A DNA stretch of 64,000 nt from Dehalococcoidales bacterium (GTDB lineage: Bacteria; Chloroflexota; Dehalococcoidia; Dehalococcoidales; BS750m-G39). The notes below the pieces were generated by a model. The model was not told where the DNA came from. It ran no database searches and saw only the letters and a program-made list of their open reading frames with translations. Every line of letters starts with the position of its first letter. Positions within the stretch are counted from its first letter, which is position 1. Below are positions 58,301 through 64,000 of this stretch, in pieces. Location of the stretch: NCBI GenBank assembly GCA_022865485.1, contig JALHSZ010000025.1, positions 2,865 to 66,864 of the forward strand, given 5' to 3'. A program made the translations under genes and the position numbers.

Positions 58301-58723
58301 GTTGACCGGAACTTCTTTCGTCTCCAGCGGCTCCTGGTAGTAAACGCGCCTTACGGCGGCGCTCACCAGGGCTTTGGCTTTCTCGGTAGCGGCAGCAGGG
58401 TCCTCGGTTATCCAGGAACAGTGCTCCCTGATGTTGGCCATCTCGAAGAGGTAGGGATTCAAGCCCGACTCCTGGCAGACACGGCGGTAGGTCCGCTCGT
58501 GCATCAGCGGCGAACAGGAAGCCACCACGACACGGTTGACCCCCAGCTCCTTGATATCCTGTCGGATAAGGTCCTGCCACGGGTCGGAACACATATAGGT
58601 ATACTCCCGGGCAATGGCTACCGATGGTAAGGTCTTGGCGAACTCGGTAACCGCCTTCACATCCACCTTCCCCGCAATGTTAGTCCCACAATGACAGATG
58701 TAAACTCCGATTTTGGGCTCCAC
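55382..58723 (-). CDS. hdrA: HdrA-like flavoprotein with an internal GltD/NfnB-like NADPH:FAD insertion (1113 aa)
   Basis: The HdrA ends are present: IGVYICHCGTNI, VVGGGVAGIQAA, and a C-terminal 2x4Fe-4S region (CSGCKTCSDLCP, CKGCGVCVAACP). The insert has PCRVACPAGVN...CTHPCERDC, VIGSGPAGLACAYDL, VIGGGNAAIDAA and VFAGGDV. Confidence 0.85.
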   Translation of the reverse strand: MEPKIGVYICHCGTNIAGKVDVKAVTEFAKTLPSVAIAREYTYMCSDPWQDLIRQDIKELGVNRVVVASCSPLMHERTYRRVCQESGLNPYLFEMANIREHCSWITEDPAAATEKAKALVSAAVRRVYYQEPLETKEVPVNPNTLVVGGGVAGIQAALEIADSKHKVYLVEKEPSVGGHMIQLDKTFPTLDCSACILTPKMSLVGAHHYIELMSYSEVTSVEGYVGNFKAKITKKARYVDVDKCTGCGECSAVCPVTVPNEFDLGLGQRKAVYRPFPQAVPNAFTIDKRGLPPCRVACPAGVNAQGYVALISQGKFKEALGVLRRTMPFAGVCGRVCTHPCERDCERGKIDEPVSIRSLKRFMADYELNVGREKATPVERTKEDKVAVIGSGPAGLACAYDLIREGYTVTVFEAAPKTGGLLRYGIPEYRLPDKVLDNEISYLEELGVEIKTNSPVKKFEDVFNQGYQAIFLAAGAWVSQKMGIPNEDAKGVLHALDFLNKVNSGTKVSLGERVAVIGGGNAAIDAARVAKRLGAKEVSVVYRRSRAEMPAVSSEIDEAEKEGVKLHILAVPVEVIAKGNKVTGIKCIKMELGEPDESGRRRPVPLKGSEFEMGVDSVIFAVGQGVDKEMLPEELEYTGWGTVVVDSTTLQTNIEGVFAGGDVVSGPSDVIAAVAAGKEAAISIDRHLRGVDLKEGRPIPRERVKDIPKEGVQAKLRQDMPTLDVNKRGGFAEVELGFDEKAAIEEAKRCLNCGVCSECMECVKACQVGAINQDMKEETIEVEVGNIILATGYDAFDPTPLYQYGYGRLDNVLTALEFERMINASGPTAGEVWLKDGSHPKTVGIIHCVGSRDTKYHEYCSQVCCMYSMKLSHLIREHVPGTQVYEFYIDLRCVGKAFEEFYNRVLDEGTMFIRGRPGEVTDIAETPEEEGKLIIVGEDTLIGRQRRVPVDMVVLSTALQPRADAEEVGRLFSISRSADGFFLEKHPKLDPVATMSDGIFVVGCCQSPKDIPNSVAQASAAAARALAMISAGSIEIEATTAEVNEELCSGCKTCSDLCPFHAISFDDEKQVSRINETLCKGCGVCVAACPSGAIKGKHFTAEELLAEIEGALV

Positions 58724-58791
58724 TTTGCCCTCCTTTAGCTTTTCTGTATTCGCTGGGAAGAATGGAAAAACGCAGCTGGATAAATCAAACT

Positions 58792-58820
58792 ATCTTAACA
58801 TATGAAAAAATTATGGTCAA
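58792..58820 (-). promoter_or_regulatory. Sigma70-like promoter for hdrA-hdrC-hdrB(-glyQS)
   Basis: On the minus strand: TTGACC, a 17-nt spacer, then TAAGAT. Confidence 0.45.
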
Positions 58821-58864
58821 GAAAAACTACGCCATTATGCTTACGTAAAATAACGGGGCGGCGG

Positions 58865-59503
58865 CTATTTTTCGGTGGATAGCTCGTCCAGTTTATCCAC
58901 CACCCCTTTCTGCCCCATGGCCAGCGTCAGGTCGCTGCGCGTCTTTTCCAGCACCCCCCGCACCATGTCGGTGGTATGGCGCAACCCGCTGGTGATGGCG
59001 TCGGGGAAGTCCATGGTCACCAGCGTGTTATAGATATCGTCCATGGCCGCCAGCAATTCCTCCCCGTTAGACAGGTCGCCCCGCCTCATGCTGTCCAGGA
59101 GGTAGCGCCGCAGCTCACCGACGGCTTCGCCCATTCCCTTCAGGTAAGAAACGACATCGACGCCCAGCTCGTCGGGAGCAGGCATGGGCTTCCCCATCAC
59201 CAGGGCAAGGATAATACTGCCCTCGGCGAATTCTTTTTGGGCGTCCCGGACAAAGCCGGCATAGCCCAGCTCGTTATAAGCCGAACCGGCATTCTCGGCC
59301 TCGCCCAGAAGCTGGCGCGCCCCCTTGAGCAACTCCTGAGCCTTGTCGAACTCCTGGCGGTGGACGGCGCGTATTGCCTGGCTGCAGTGCCGTATCGCCT
59401 CACGGCACCGCGGCAATACCTTCTCCCGGGCGACGTCCTTGGCCGTCAGCTCATCTCTAATCCGGTCGGCGATTGGCTCCAGGTTATCGGTCAGTCCCTT
59501 CAT
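58865..59503 (-). CDS. Translin/TRAX-family protein
   Basis: An all-helical 212-aa protein. YLKGMGEAVGELRRY...RGD and the QKEFAEG (ExxE) motif resemble the translin/TRAX family. The assignment is from memory. Confidence 0.45.
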   Translation of the reverse strand: MKGLTDNLEPIADRIRDELTAKDVAREKVLPRCREAIRHCSQAIRAVHRQEFDKAQELLKGARQLLGEAENAGSAYNELGYAGFVRDAQKEFAEGSIILALVMGKPMPAPDELGVDVVSYLKGMGEAVGELRRYLLDSMRRGDLSNGEELLAAMDDIYNTLVTMDFPDAITSGLRHTTDMVRGVLEKTRSDLTLAMGQKGVVDKLDELSTEK

Positions 59504-60564
59504 TTTCCTGCCTCAAAGCTGGTTATTATTTTGCGGGCGGCGTCGGCGATATCCTTAGCCCCCAGTACAGCGCTAATCACCGCCACGGCATCGGCGCCGT
59601 TAGCCGCCACCTCAGCCGCGTTGTCTTTATTGATGCCCCCGATAGCCACCAGGGGCAGGCTCACCACCCCCCTCACCTGCTGTAGCCTCCCCAACCCCAC
59701 CACCCTGGGCTTTTCCTTCGAAGTTGTCGGATACATCGAGCCTACGGCGATATAGTCGGCGCCGTCGGCTTCGGCCGCCTTAGCCTGCTCCACAGTGTTC
59801 ACCGAGCAACCCAATATCATATCCATCGGCAGCAGTCGGCGGATTAAAGATATAGGCAAGTCCCCCTGCCCTAAATGCAGCCCGTCGGCGCTGGCCGCCA
59901 GAGCTATATCGAGGTGGTCGTTGACGATGAAAAGCACGCCCTTTTCGGCGCAAAGCTTCTTTAGCTGTTGAGCGATGGGCAGCAGTTCAGCCTTAGCACT
60001 AAACTTATCGCGCAGCTGGATGACCCCCACCCCACCCCGAATCAGCTCTTCGGCAACCTTGAGGTGACTGCGCTTGCCCAATAGCTGGCTGTCGATGATG
60101 GCGTACAGCCCCGCCAGTTTGCTGGTCTTATCCCGCCGTAGCAGCCTTGACAGCAATTCCTGTTCTATAGTATAGAGGGCAAAGCGAGCCTGCTTGAATT
60201 TGTCGGCGTCCAACTGGGGAGTGGTACCGGGAACTTTGGCCAGCTCTTCCAGTATTCTCAGCGCCTCCTGGACTCTCCTAGCGTTAGCCACCACCACTAT
60301 CGGCAGCTCCCTCTGCTTGCCCTCCCCCACGACTTCGATATCGAAGCCGACGTCGCTTTCGGAGTCTCGCGACTGGATAAGCTGTTGGTTAAAGGCTAAA
60401 TCGCCCCTGAGGATTTCGTGGCGGATGGTCTTTAGCCGCTGCGTCAGCACCGCGTCGTTAAGCATCATCCGCGCCAGCTCCTCCAGCAGGTGAAGCCCCT
60501 CGCCGGCGCGGTTGAGGTTGGCGTCGATAATGCGCTGTCTCTGGTCTGGCATCGGCATCTCCAA
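59500..60564 (-). CDS. thiE: Thiamine-phosphate synthase with an N-terminal extension domain
   Basis: The C-terminal ThiE barrel has LYAIID, IQLRDK, LHLGQGD and AIGGI. The N-terminal domain has IIDANLNRAGEGL. Confidence 0.8.
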   Translation of the reverse strand: MEMPMPDQRQRIIDANLNRAGEGLHLLEELARMMLNDAVLTQRLKTIRHEILRGDLAFNQQLIQSRDSESDVGFDIEVVGEGKQRELPIVVVANARRVQEALRILEELAKVPGTTPQLDADKFKQARFALYTIEQELLSRLLRRDKTSKLAGLYAIIDSQLLGKRSHLKVAEELIRGGVGVIQLRDKFSAKAELLPIAQQLKKLCAEKGVLFIVNDHLDIALAASADGLHLGQGDLPISLIRRLLPMDMILGCSVNTVEQAKAAEADGADYIAVGSMYPTTSKEKPRVVGLGRLQQVRGVVSLPLVAIGGINKDNAAEVAANGADAVAVISAVLGAKDIADAARKIITSFEAGK

Positions 60565-60608
60565 GCCCCCAGGCAGATTCTAGCATAGCCGCCTTACAGA
60601 TAAAAGAT

Positions 60609-60974
60609 TCAGTCCTCGCCCACGGCGTTCTCAAACAGCTCTATTCGCGAGGGCTTGTTCTTCCGGTCAAGCTCTATGGCGACGACATCGATGCGCCATA
60701 GCTGGGGAAGATTATCGTGGCTCTGCTGGTAGCGGGCGGCAACTGCCCTCAATCTTTCCCTCTTATCGGCGGTCACCGAATCTTCGGGACTGCCGAACTC
60801 AAGGCTCCGCCTCGTCTTTACCTCGATAAAGACCAGGTAGTCTTTCTGCTCAGCGACGATGTCGACCTCGCCTTCGGGGCAGCGGTAGTTGGTCTCGCGG
60901 ATGCGGTAGCCCCGCTTCCTGAGGTAATCTTTAGCCAGCTTTTCACCCAGTATGCCCGTGTCTCGGCGCTTCAT
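60609..60974 (-). CDS. yraN: YraN-family (UPF0102) endonuclease
   Basis: Contains GE..A..YL...GY.I...N, GE+DIVA and FIEVKTR. Confidence 0.8.
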   Translation of the reverse strand: MKRRDTGILGEKLAKDYLRKRGYRIRETNYRCPEGEVDIVAEQKDYLVFIEVKTRRSLEFGSPEDSVTADKRERLRAVAARYQQSHDNLPQLWRIDVVAIELDRKNKPSRIELFENAVGED

Positions 60975-61034
60975 TACTCATCCACACCTGATTATACCGT
61001 CATTGCGAGGAGCGCAGCGACGAAGCAATCTCCC

Positions 61035-61448
61035 CTACAGTTGCACATATTTCTTCGGCTCAAGGTTGGTGGCAAAACTCCAGACGTAGGCTTTACCTTT
61101 CAGCCGATAGACCGCTATCGCCCCGTAGCCCTCTTTTTCCACGATAGGCTTCAAAAATTGCCGCTGGACAACTATCGCCTCTTTCACCTTTTTATCCTCT
61201 ACCGGCTCGACGGCGCCGCTCACCCTTATCTGGATGCCATCCTTGGCATTATAGAAGAGAAGCTCCACGTTAGGGTTGGCCGACATCTGCTTATACATGT
61301 CCTTGTAGGTGCCGGTCTGAATTATAATGCCGTCTTCGTCGGCGCTGACCATGCCCATGGCGCGCACGCGCGGCTTATTCCCCTCCACTGTAGCCAGGTA
61401 ACAGACGGGGTTGGCGTTCAAGAATTCCAATATCTCCTTCTTGTTCAT
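61035..61448 (-). CDS. Pyridoxamine 5'-phosphate oxidase-family FMN-binding protein
   Basis: A split-barrel pattern in a 137-aa protein: LATV..NKPRVR, and a GKAY tail. Confidence 0.6.
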   Translation of the reverse strand: MNKKEILEFLNANPVCYLATVEGNKPRVRAMGMVSADEDGIIIQTGTYKDMYKQMSANPNVELLFYNAKDGIQIRVSGAVEPVEDKKVKEAIVVQRQFLKPIVEKEGYGAIAVYRLKGKAYVWSFATNLEPKKYVQL

Positions 61449-62106
61449 CCCAGTTCTCCTTTACTCTTAAAATATTAGACTTGCTGAATAGTCCCCCCAC
61501 CACCTCCCTCACAGGACGAAAGGTTCGGCGGTGGATGGGGCAGGCGCCCAGCCGCGCCAGGCAGGCAACGTGCTGCCGGGTGCCGTAGCCCTTGTGCTGG
61601 GCCAGCCCGTAGCCGGGATAGAGCCTGTCGAACTCCACCATCACCCAGTCGCGGGCTACCTTAGCGATAATGGAGGCGCAGGCAATGGAAAAGCAAAGGT
61701 CGTCGCCGTGGGTAATGCCCTTCTGGGGCAGCTTAACATCGGGCAGACGCATATAGTCGATGAGCAGCGACTCCGGGAACGGCGAAAGCCGCTCCACAGC
61801 CTGTTTCATGGCAAAGCGAGTGGCTTTGACGACTCCCTGGCTATCTACCAGGGAGTGCGGCGCCATCCCCACCCCCACCGAAACAGCCAATTCATAGATA
61901 TGATGGAAAAACAGCTCGCGTTTAGCGGGACTGAGTAGCTTGCTGTCCCTCACCCCGTCGAGAGTGGCGGCATCTAAAGAAACGGGCAGGATGACGGCGG
62001 CGGCGACCACCGGCCCCGCCAGCGCCCCCCGCCCCACCTCATCGATGCCGGCGATGAGACGGTAGCCCTGCGCCACCAGTTGCTCTTCTTCAATAAAGGA
62101 CGGCAT
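61375..62106 (-). CDS. rnhB: Ribonuclease HII
   Basis: Contains IAGIDEVGRGALAGPVV, DSKLLS, and ASIIAKV.RD. The C-terminal tail of about 35 aa overlaps the next gene. Confidence 0.85.
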   Translation of the reverse strand: MPSFIEEEQLVAQGYRLIAGIDEVGRGALAGPVVAAAVILPVSLDAATLDGVRDSKLLSPAKRELFFHHIYELAVSVGVGMAPHSLVDSQGVVKATRFAMKQAVERLSPFPESLLIDYMRLPDVKLPQKGITHGDDLCFSIACASIIAKVARDWVMVEFDRLYPGYGLAQHKGYGTRQHVACLARLGACPIHRRTFRPVREVVGGLFSKSNILRVKENWDEQEGDIGILERQPRLLPGYSGGE

Positions 62107-63130
62107 CTATTATACCCCCGCCCAGGACTTCATCGCCCTGGTAGAAGACCACCGATTGCCCCGGTGTCATCGCCGACTGCGGCTCGACAAAACGGACTTC
62201 GACCCCGTCGTCTCTGGGATAGAGCTCGGCGGCAGCTTCAGGCGCTTTATAGCGAATCTTAGCCGTTATCTCCATCGGCTCCTGAGGAGATTTGCCCGAA
62301 ACCCAGCTTACATTACGGGCAATCAGTGCATTATGTAAAGCCTGTTCCCTATTCCCCACCACTATTTTATTGCTCTCCGCGTCAATTTTAAGTACGTAAA
62401 GCGGCTTGGTGGTAGTGAGCCCCAGTCCCTGCCTCTGCCCCACCGTATATCGGGCCAAACCACTGTGCTCGCCCAGAATCTTGCCGTTTATGTCAACTAT
62501 TTCCCCTCTTTTGAGGGGTACATATTCGGCGACAAAGGTTCGGTAATCGTTATCAGGAATAAAGCAAACGTCCTGGCTTCCCTTCTTGTCAGCAGTGGGT
62601 AAACCCAGCTCAGCCGCCTTTTTTCTGACCTTTTCCTTGCTCAGCCCGCCCACAGGAAACACCAGGCGTTCTAGCTGCTGCTGCCCCAGAGTATAGAGGA
62701 AGTAGGACTGGTCTCTGTTTTTGTCAACCGCTTTCCGCAGCCAGTAGCCCCCCGGCGAGTGCCTCATTCGGGCATAATGCCCCGTGGCTAAATAGTCCGC
62801 CCCCGTCTCCAGCGCCCTCTCCAGGACTATGTCGAACTTTATATATTGATTGCAAGCCACGCAGGGATTGGGCGTCCGTCCCCTGCCGTACTCCTGGCAA
62901 AAGTAGTCGATAACCAGTTGCTTGAACTCCCTCTCCAGGTCGAGCTTATAGAGGGGTATCTCCAGTAGCTGGCAGGTGCGCTCTAAATCAGCCAGATTAT
63001 TAGACATCATGTCAGCTCCCAGCCTCATGTGGATGCCGCTGACCTCGTAACCGGCCTGCTTCAGCAGTGCCGCCGCCACCGACGAGTCCACTCCCCCACT
63101 CATCGCCACCGCCACTCGCTTCTGGGACAT
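62090..63130 (-). CDS. mnmA: tRNA 2-thiouridine(34) synthase
   Basis: Contains VAMSGGVDSSVAA, TPNPCV.CN and QSYFL. Confidence 0.9.
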   Translation of the reverse strand: MSQKRVAVAMSGGVDSSVAAALLKQAGYEVSGIHMRLGADMMSNNLADLERTCQLLEIPLYKLDLEREFKQLVIDYFCQEYGRGRTPNPCVACNQYIKFDIVLERALETGADYLATGHYARMRHSPGGYWLRKAVDKNRDQSYFLYTLGQQQLERLVFPVGGLSKEKVRKKAAELGLPTADKKGSQDVCFIPDNDYRTFVAEYVPLKRGEIVDINGKILGEHSGLARYTVGQRQGLGLTTTKPLYVLKIDAESNKIVVGNREQALHNALIARNVSWVSGKSPQEPMEITAKIRYKAPEAAAELYPRDDGVEVRFVEPQSAMTPGQSVVFYQGDEVLGGGIIDAVLY

Positions 63131-63133
63131 CTA

Positions 63134-63760
63134 TTAGCCTCCCCGACTCGAAAGCAGCTGGTTTACCTTCTTCCAGATAATATCGGCTATTTTGGCTTTA
63201 GACTGGCTGGCGTCCACCACCAGCCATCGCCGCGGCTCATCGGCCGCCAGCTTAAGGTAGCCCTCCCTCACCCTGCGGTGGAAGGCTATGGCTTCCTGCT
63301 CAAAGCGGTCCCGCTTCTCCGTTCCCTTGCGGGCAAAACACACCTCGACCGGTGCGTCCAGGAGCACGGTCAGGTCGGGCGTCAACCCCTGGGTCGCCGC
63401 CTTATTCACCGACTTCACCATGGCTAAGTCCAGCCCCCGCCCGTAGCCCTGATAGACGGTGGTGGAATCGGCATAGCGGTCGCTGATAACCACCTGCCCG
63501 CTTTTCTGGGCAGGCTGGATAACATCGTTTACTAATTGAGCGCGGGAGGCGTTAAACAGCATCAATTCGGTCAGCGGTGATATATCGGTGTCTTTAGCCC
63601 ACTTCAGCCAGCGGCTTATCCTCCGGCCAAAGGGGGTGCCGCCAGGCTCATGGGTCAGCAGGACGGGGATAGCCATTTTGGCTAGCTTTCGGTACAGTGC
63701 CTTAGCCTGGACGCTCTTGCCACCCCCCTCCCCTCCCTCAAAGGTGATGAACAGGGACAT
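63134..63760 (-). CDS. tmk: Thymidylate kinase
   Basis: Contains FITFEGGEGGGKS, EPGGTP and DRY.DST. Confidence 0.9.
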   Translation of the reverse strand: MSLFITFEGGEGGGKSVQAKALYRKLAKMAIPVLLTHEPGGTPFGRRISRWLKWAKDTDISPLTELMLFNASRAQLVNDVIQPAQKSGQVVISDRYADSTTVYQGYGRGLDLAMVKSVNKAATQGLTPDLTVLLDAPVEVCFARKGTEKRDRFEQEAIAFHRRVREGYLKLAADEPRRWLVVDASQSKAKIADIIWKKVNQLLSSRGG

Positions 63761-63782
63761 TCAGTACCTCTCCCTCGTGTCT

Positions 63783-64000
63783 TCAATTCTGCAGTTCGGC
63801 GTACAGGGGGTCTATCTTAATAGCTTTTGAGTAAGAATCCTCCGCGGCATAATCCATCCCGATTAGTTCCAGGACTACCCCTTTGTTATACCATGCATCG
63901 GCATTTTGCGGGTCCAGCTCGATGGCTTTATTAAAGGCATCCAGCGCTTCCTTATACCTCTTAAGCATGGTGAGAGCGCTCCCTCGGTTATGACAGGATG
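63783..64000 (-). CDS. TPR-repeat protein (3' part only; the gene runs off the window)
   Basis: Has the TPR consensus YKEALDAFNKAIELDPQNADAWYNKG. The frame stays open to position 64000. Confidence 0.6.
   Translation of the reverse strand, partial: SCHNRGSALTMLKRYKEALDAFNKAIELDPQNADAWYNKGVVLELIGMDYAAEDSYSKAIKIDPLYAELQN

Noticed and set aside
60999-61032. An intergenic element, GTCATTGCGAGGAGCGCAGCGACGAAGCAATCTC (ends ATTGC...GCAAT), that is reminiscent of short REP-like repeats seen in many genomes.
   Set aside because: There is only one copy in this window and the internal pairing is poor. I cannot show that it is repeated or functional without a genome-wide search.
61375-61448. A 74-nt overlap between the rnhB 3' end and the start of the PNPOx-family gene.
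   Set aside because: This is most simply a non-conserved C-terminal tail of RNase HII running until the first stop. The catalytic core ends well before the overlap, and nothing suggests recoding.
1-64000. A search for CRISPR arrays, rRNA genes, intact IS elements or transposases, and long direct or tandem repeats.
   Set aside because: None was seen by eye. The only mobile-element trace is the truncated integrase at 13079-13330.

Overview
The window looks like a chromosomal segment from an anaerobic, Wood-Ljungdahl-capable bacterium. The gene content (acVLRF1, DapL, archaeal-type iPGM, acs cluster) suggests Chloroflexota/Dehalococcoidia, but that taxonomic guess is weak. Coding density is high, and many long ORFs in the track are antisense shadows of real genes in roughly 60% GC DNA. 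From left to right the content is:
- tRNA-Pro, then a Mo-cofactor and sulfur-carrier cluster: fdhD, a ThiS-like gene, a ThiF/MoeB E1, and a MoaD-like gene.
- A convergent operon with a tandem-fused family III CoA-transferase, yqeB and xdhC.
- typA, then a 730-bp non-coding gap with divergent promoters.
- A lipoprotein gene, then mutS2 followed by an acVLRF1/Vms1-like hydrolase.
- An integrase remnant next to tRNA-Lys.
- Housekeeping genes: a macro-domain protein, yfcE, a rhomboid protease, plsY, an amino-acid ABC transporter, tRNA-Arg, dxs, pgk-apgM-tpiA, miaA, dapF, dapL, hflX.
- An AT-rich 1.8-kb islet with two membrane ORFans, ending at tRNA-Met.
- A co-directional Wood-Ljungdahl gene string of about 20 kb: cooC, fhs, cooC/acsF, folD, a small ORF, acsD, acsA, acsB, acsC, acsE, metF, DUF3786, nuoE-like, nuoF-gltD fusion, fdhA.
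- A GyrI-like gene, sbcD, a DUF1648-GlyRS fusion, hdrB, hdrC and hdrA (with a GltD-like insert).
- A translin-like gene, thiE, yraN, a PNPOx-like gene, rnhB, mnmA, tmk, and a partial TPR gene.

No CRISPR array, rRNA or intact mobile element was seen. The observations most worth a second look are:
- the mutS2-acVLRF1 pair;
- an FdhD that lacks its CxxC loop and sits beside an E1 with two GG-terminated carriers;
- an in-frame TAA that splits the NuoF-like subunit;
- a membrane-domain-GlyRS fusion;
- paralogous GltD modules fused to NuoF and inserted into HdrA.
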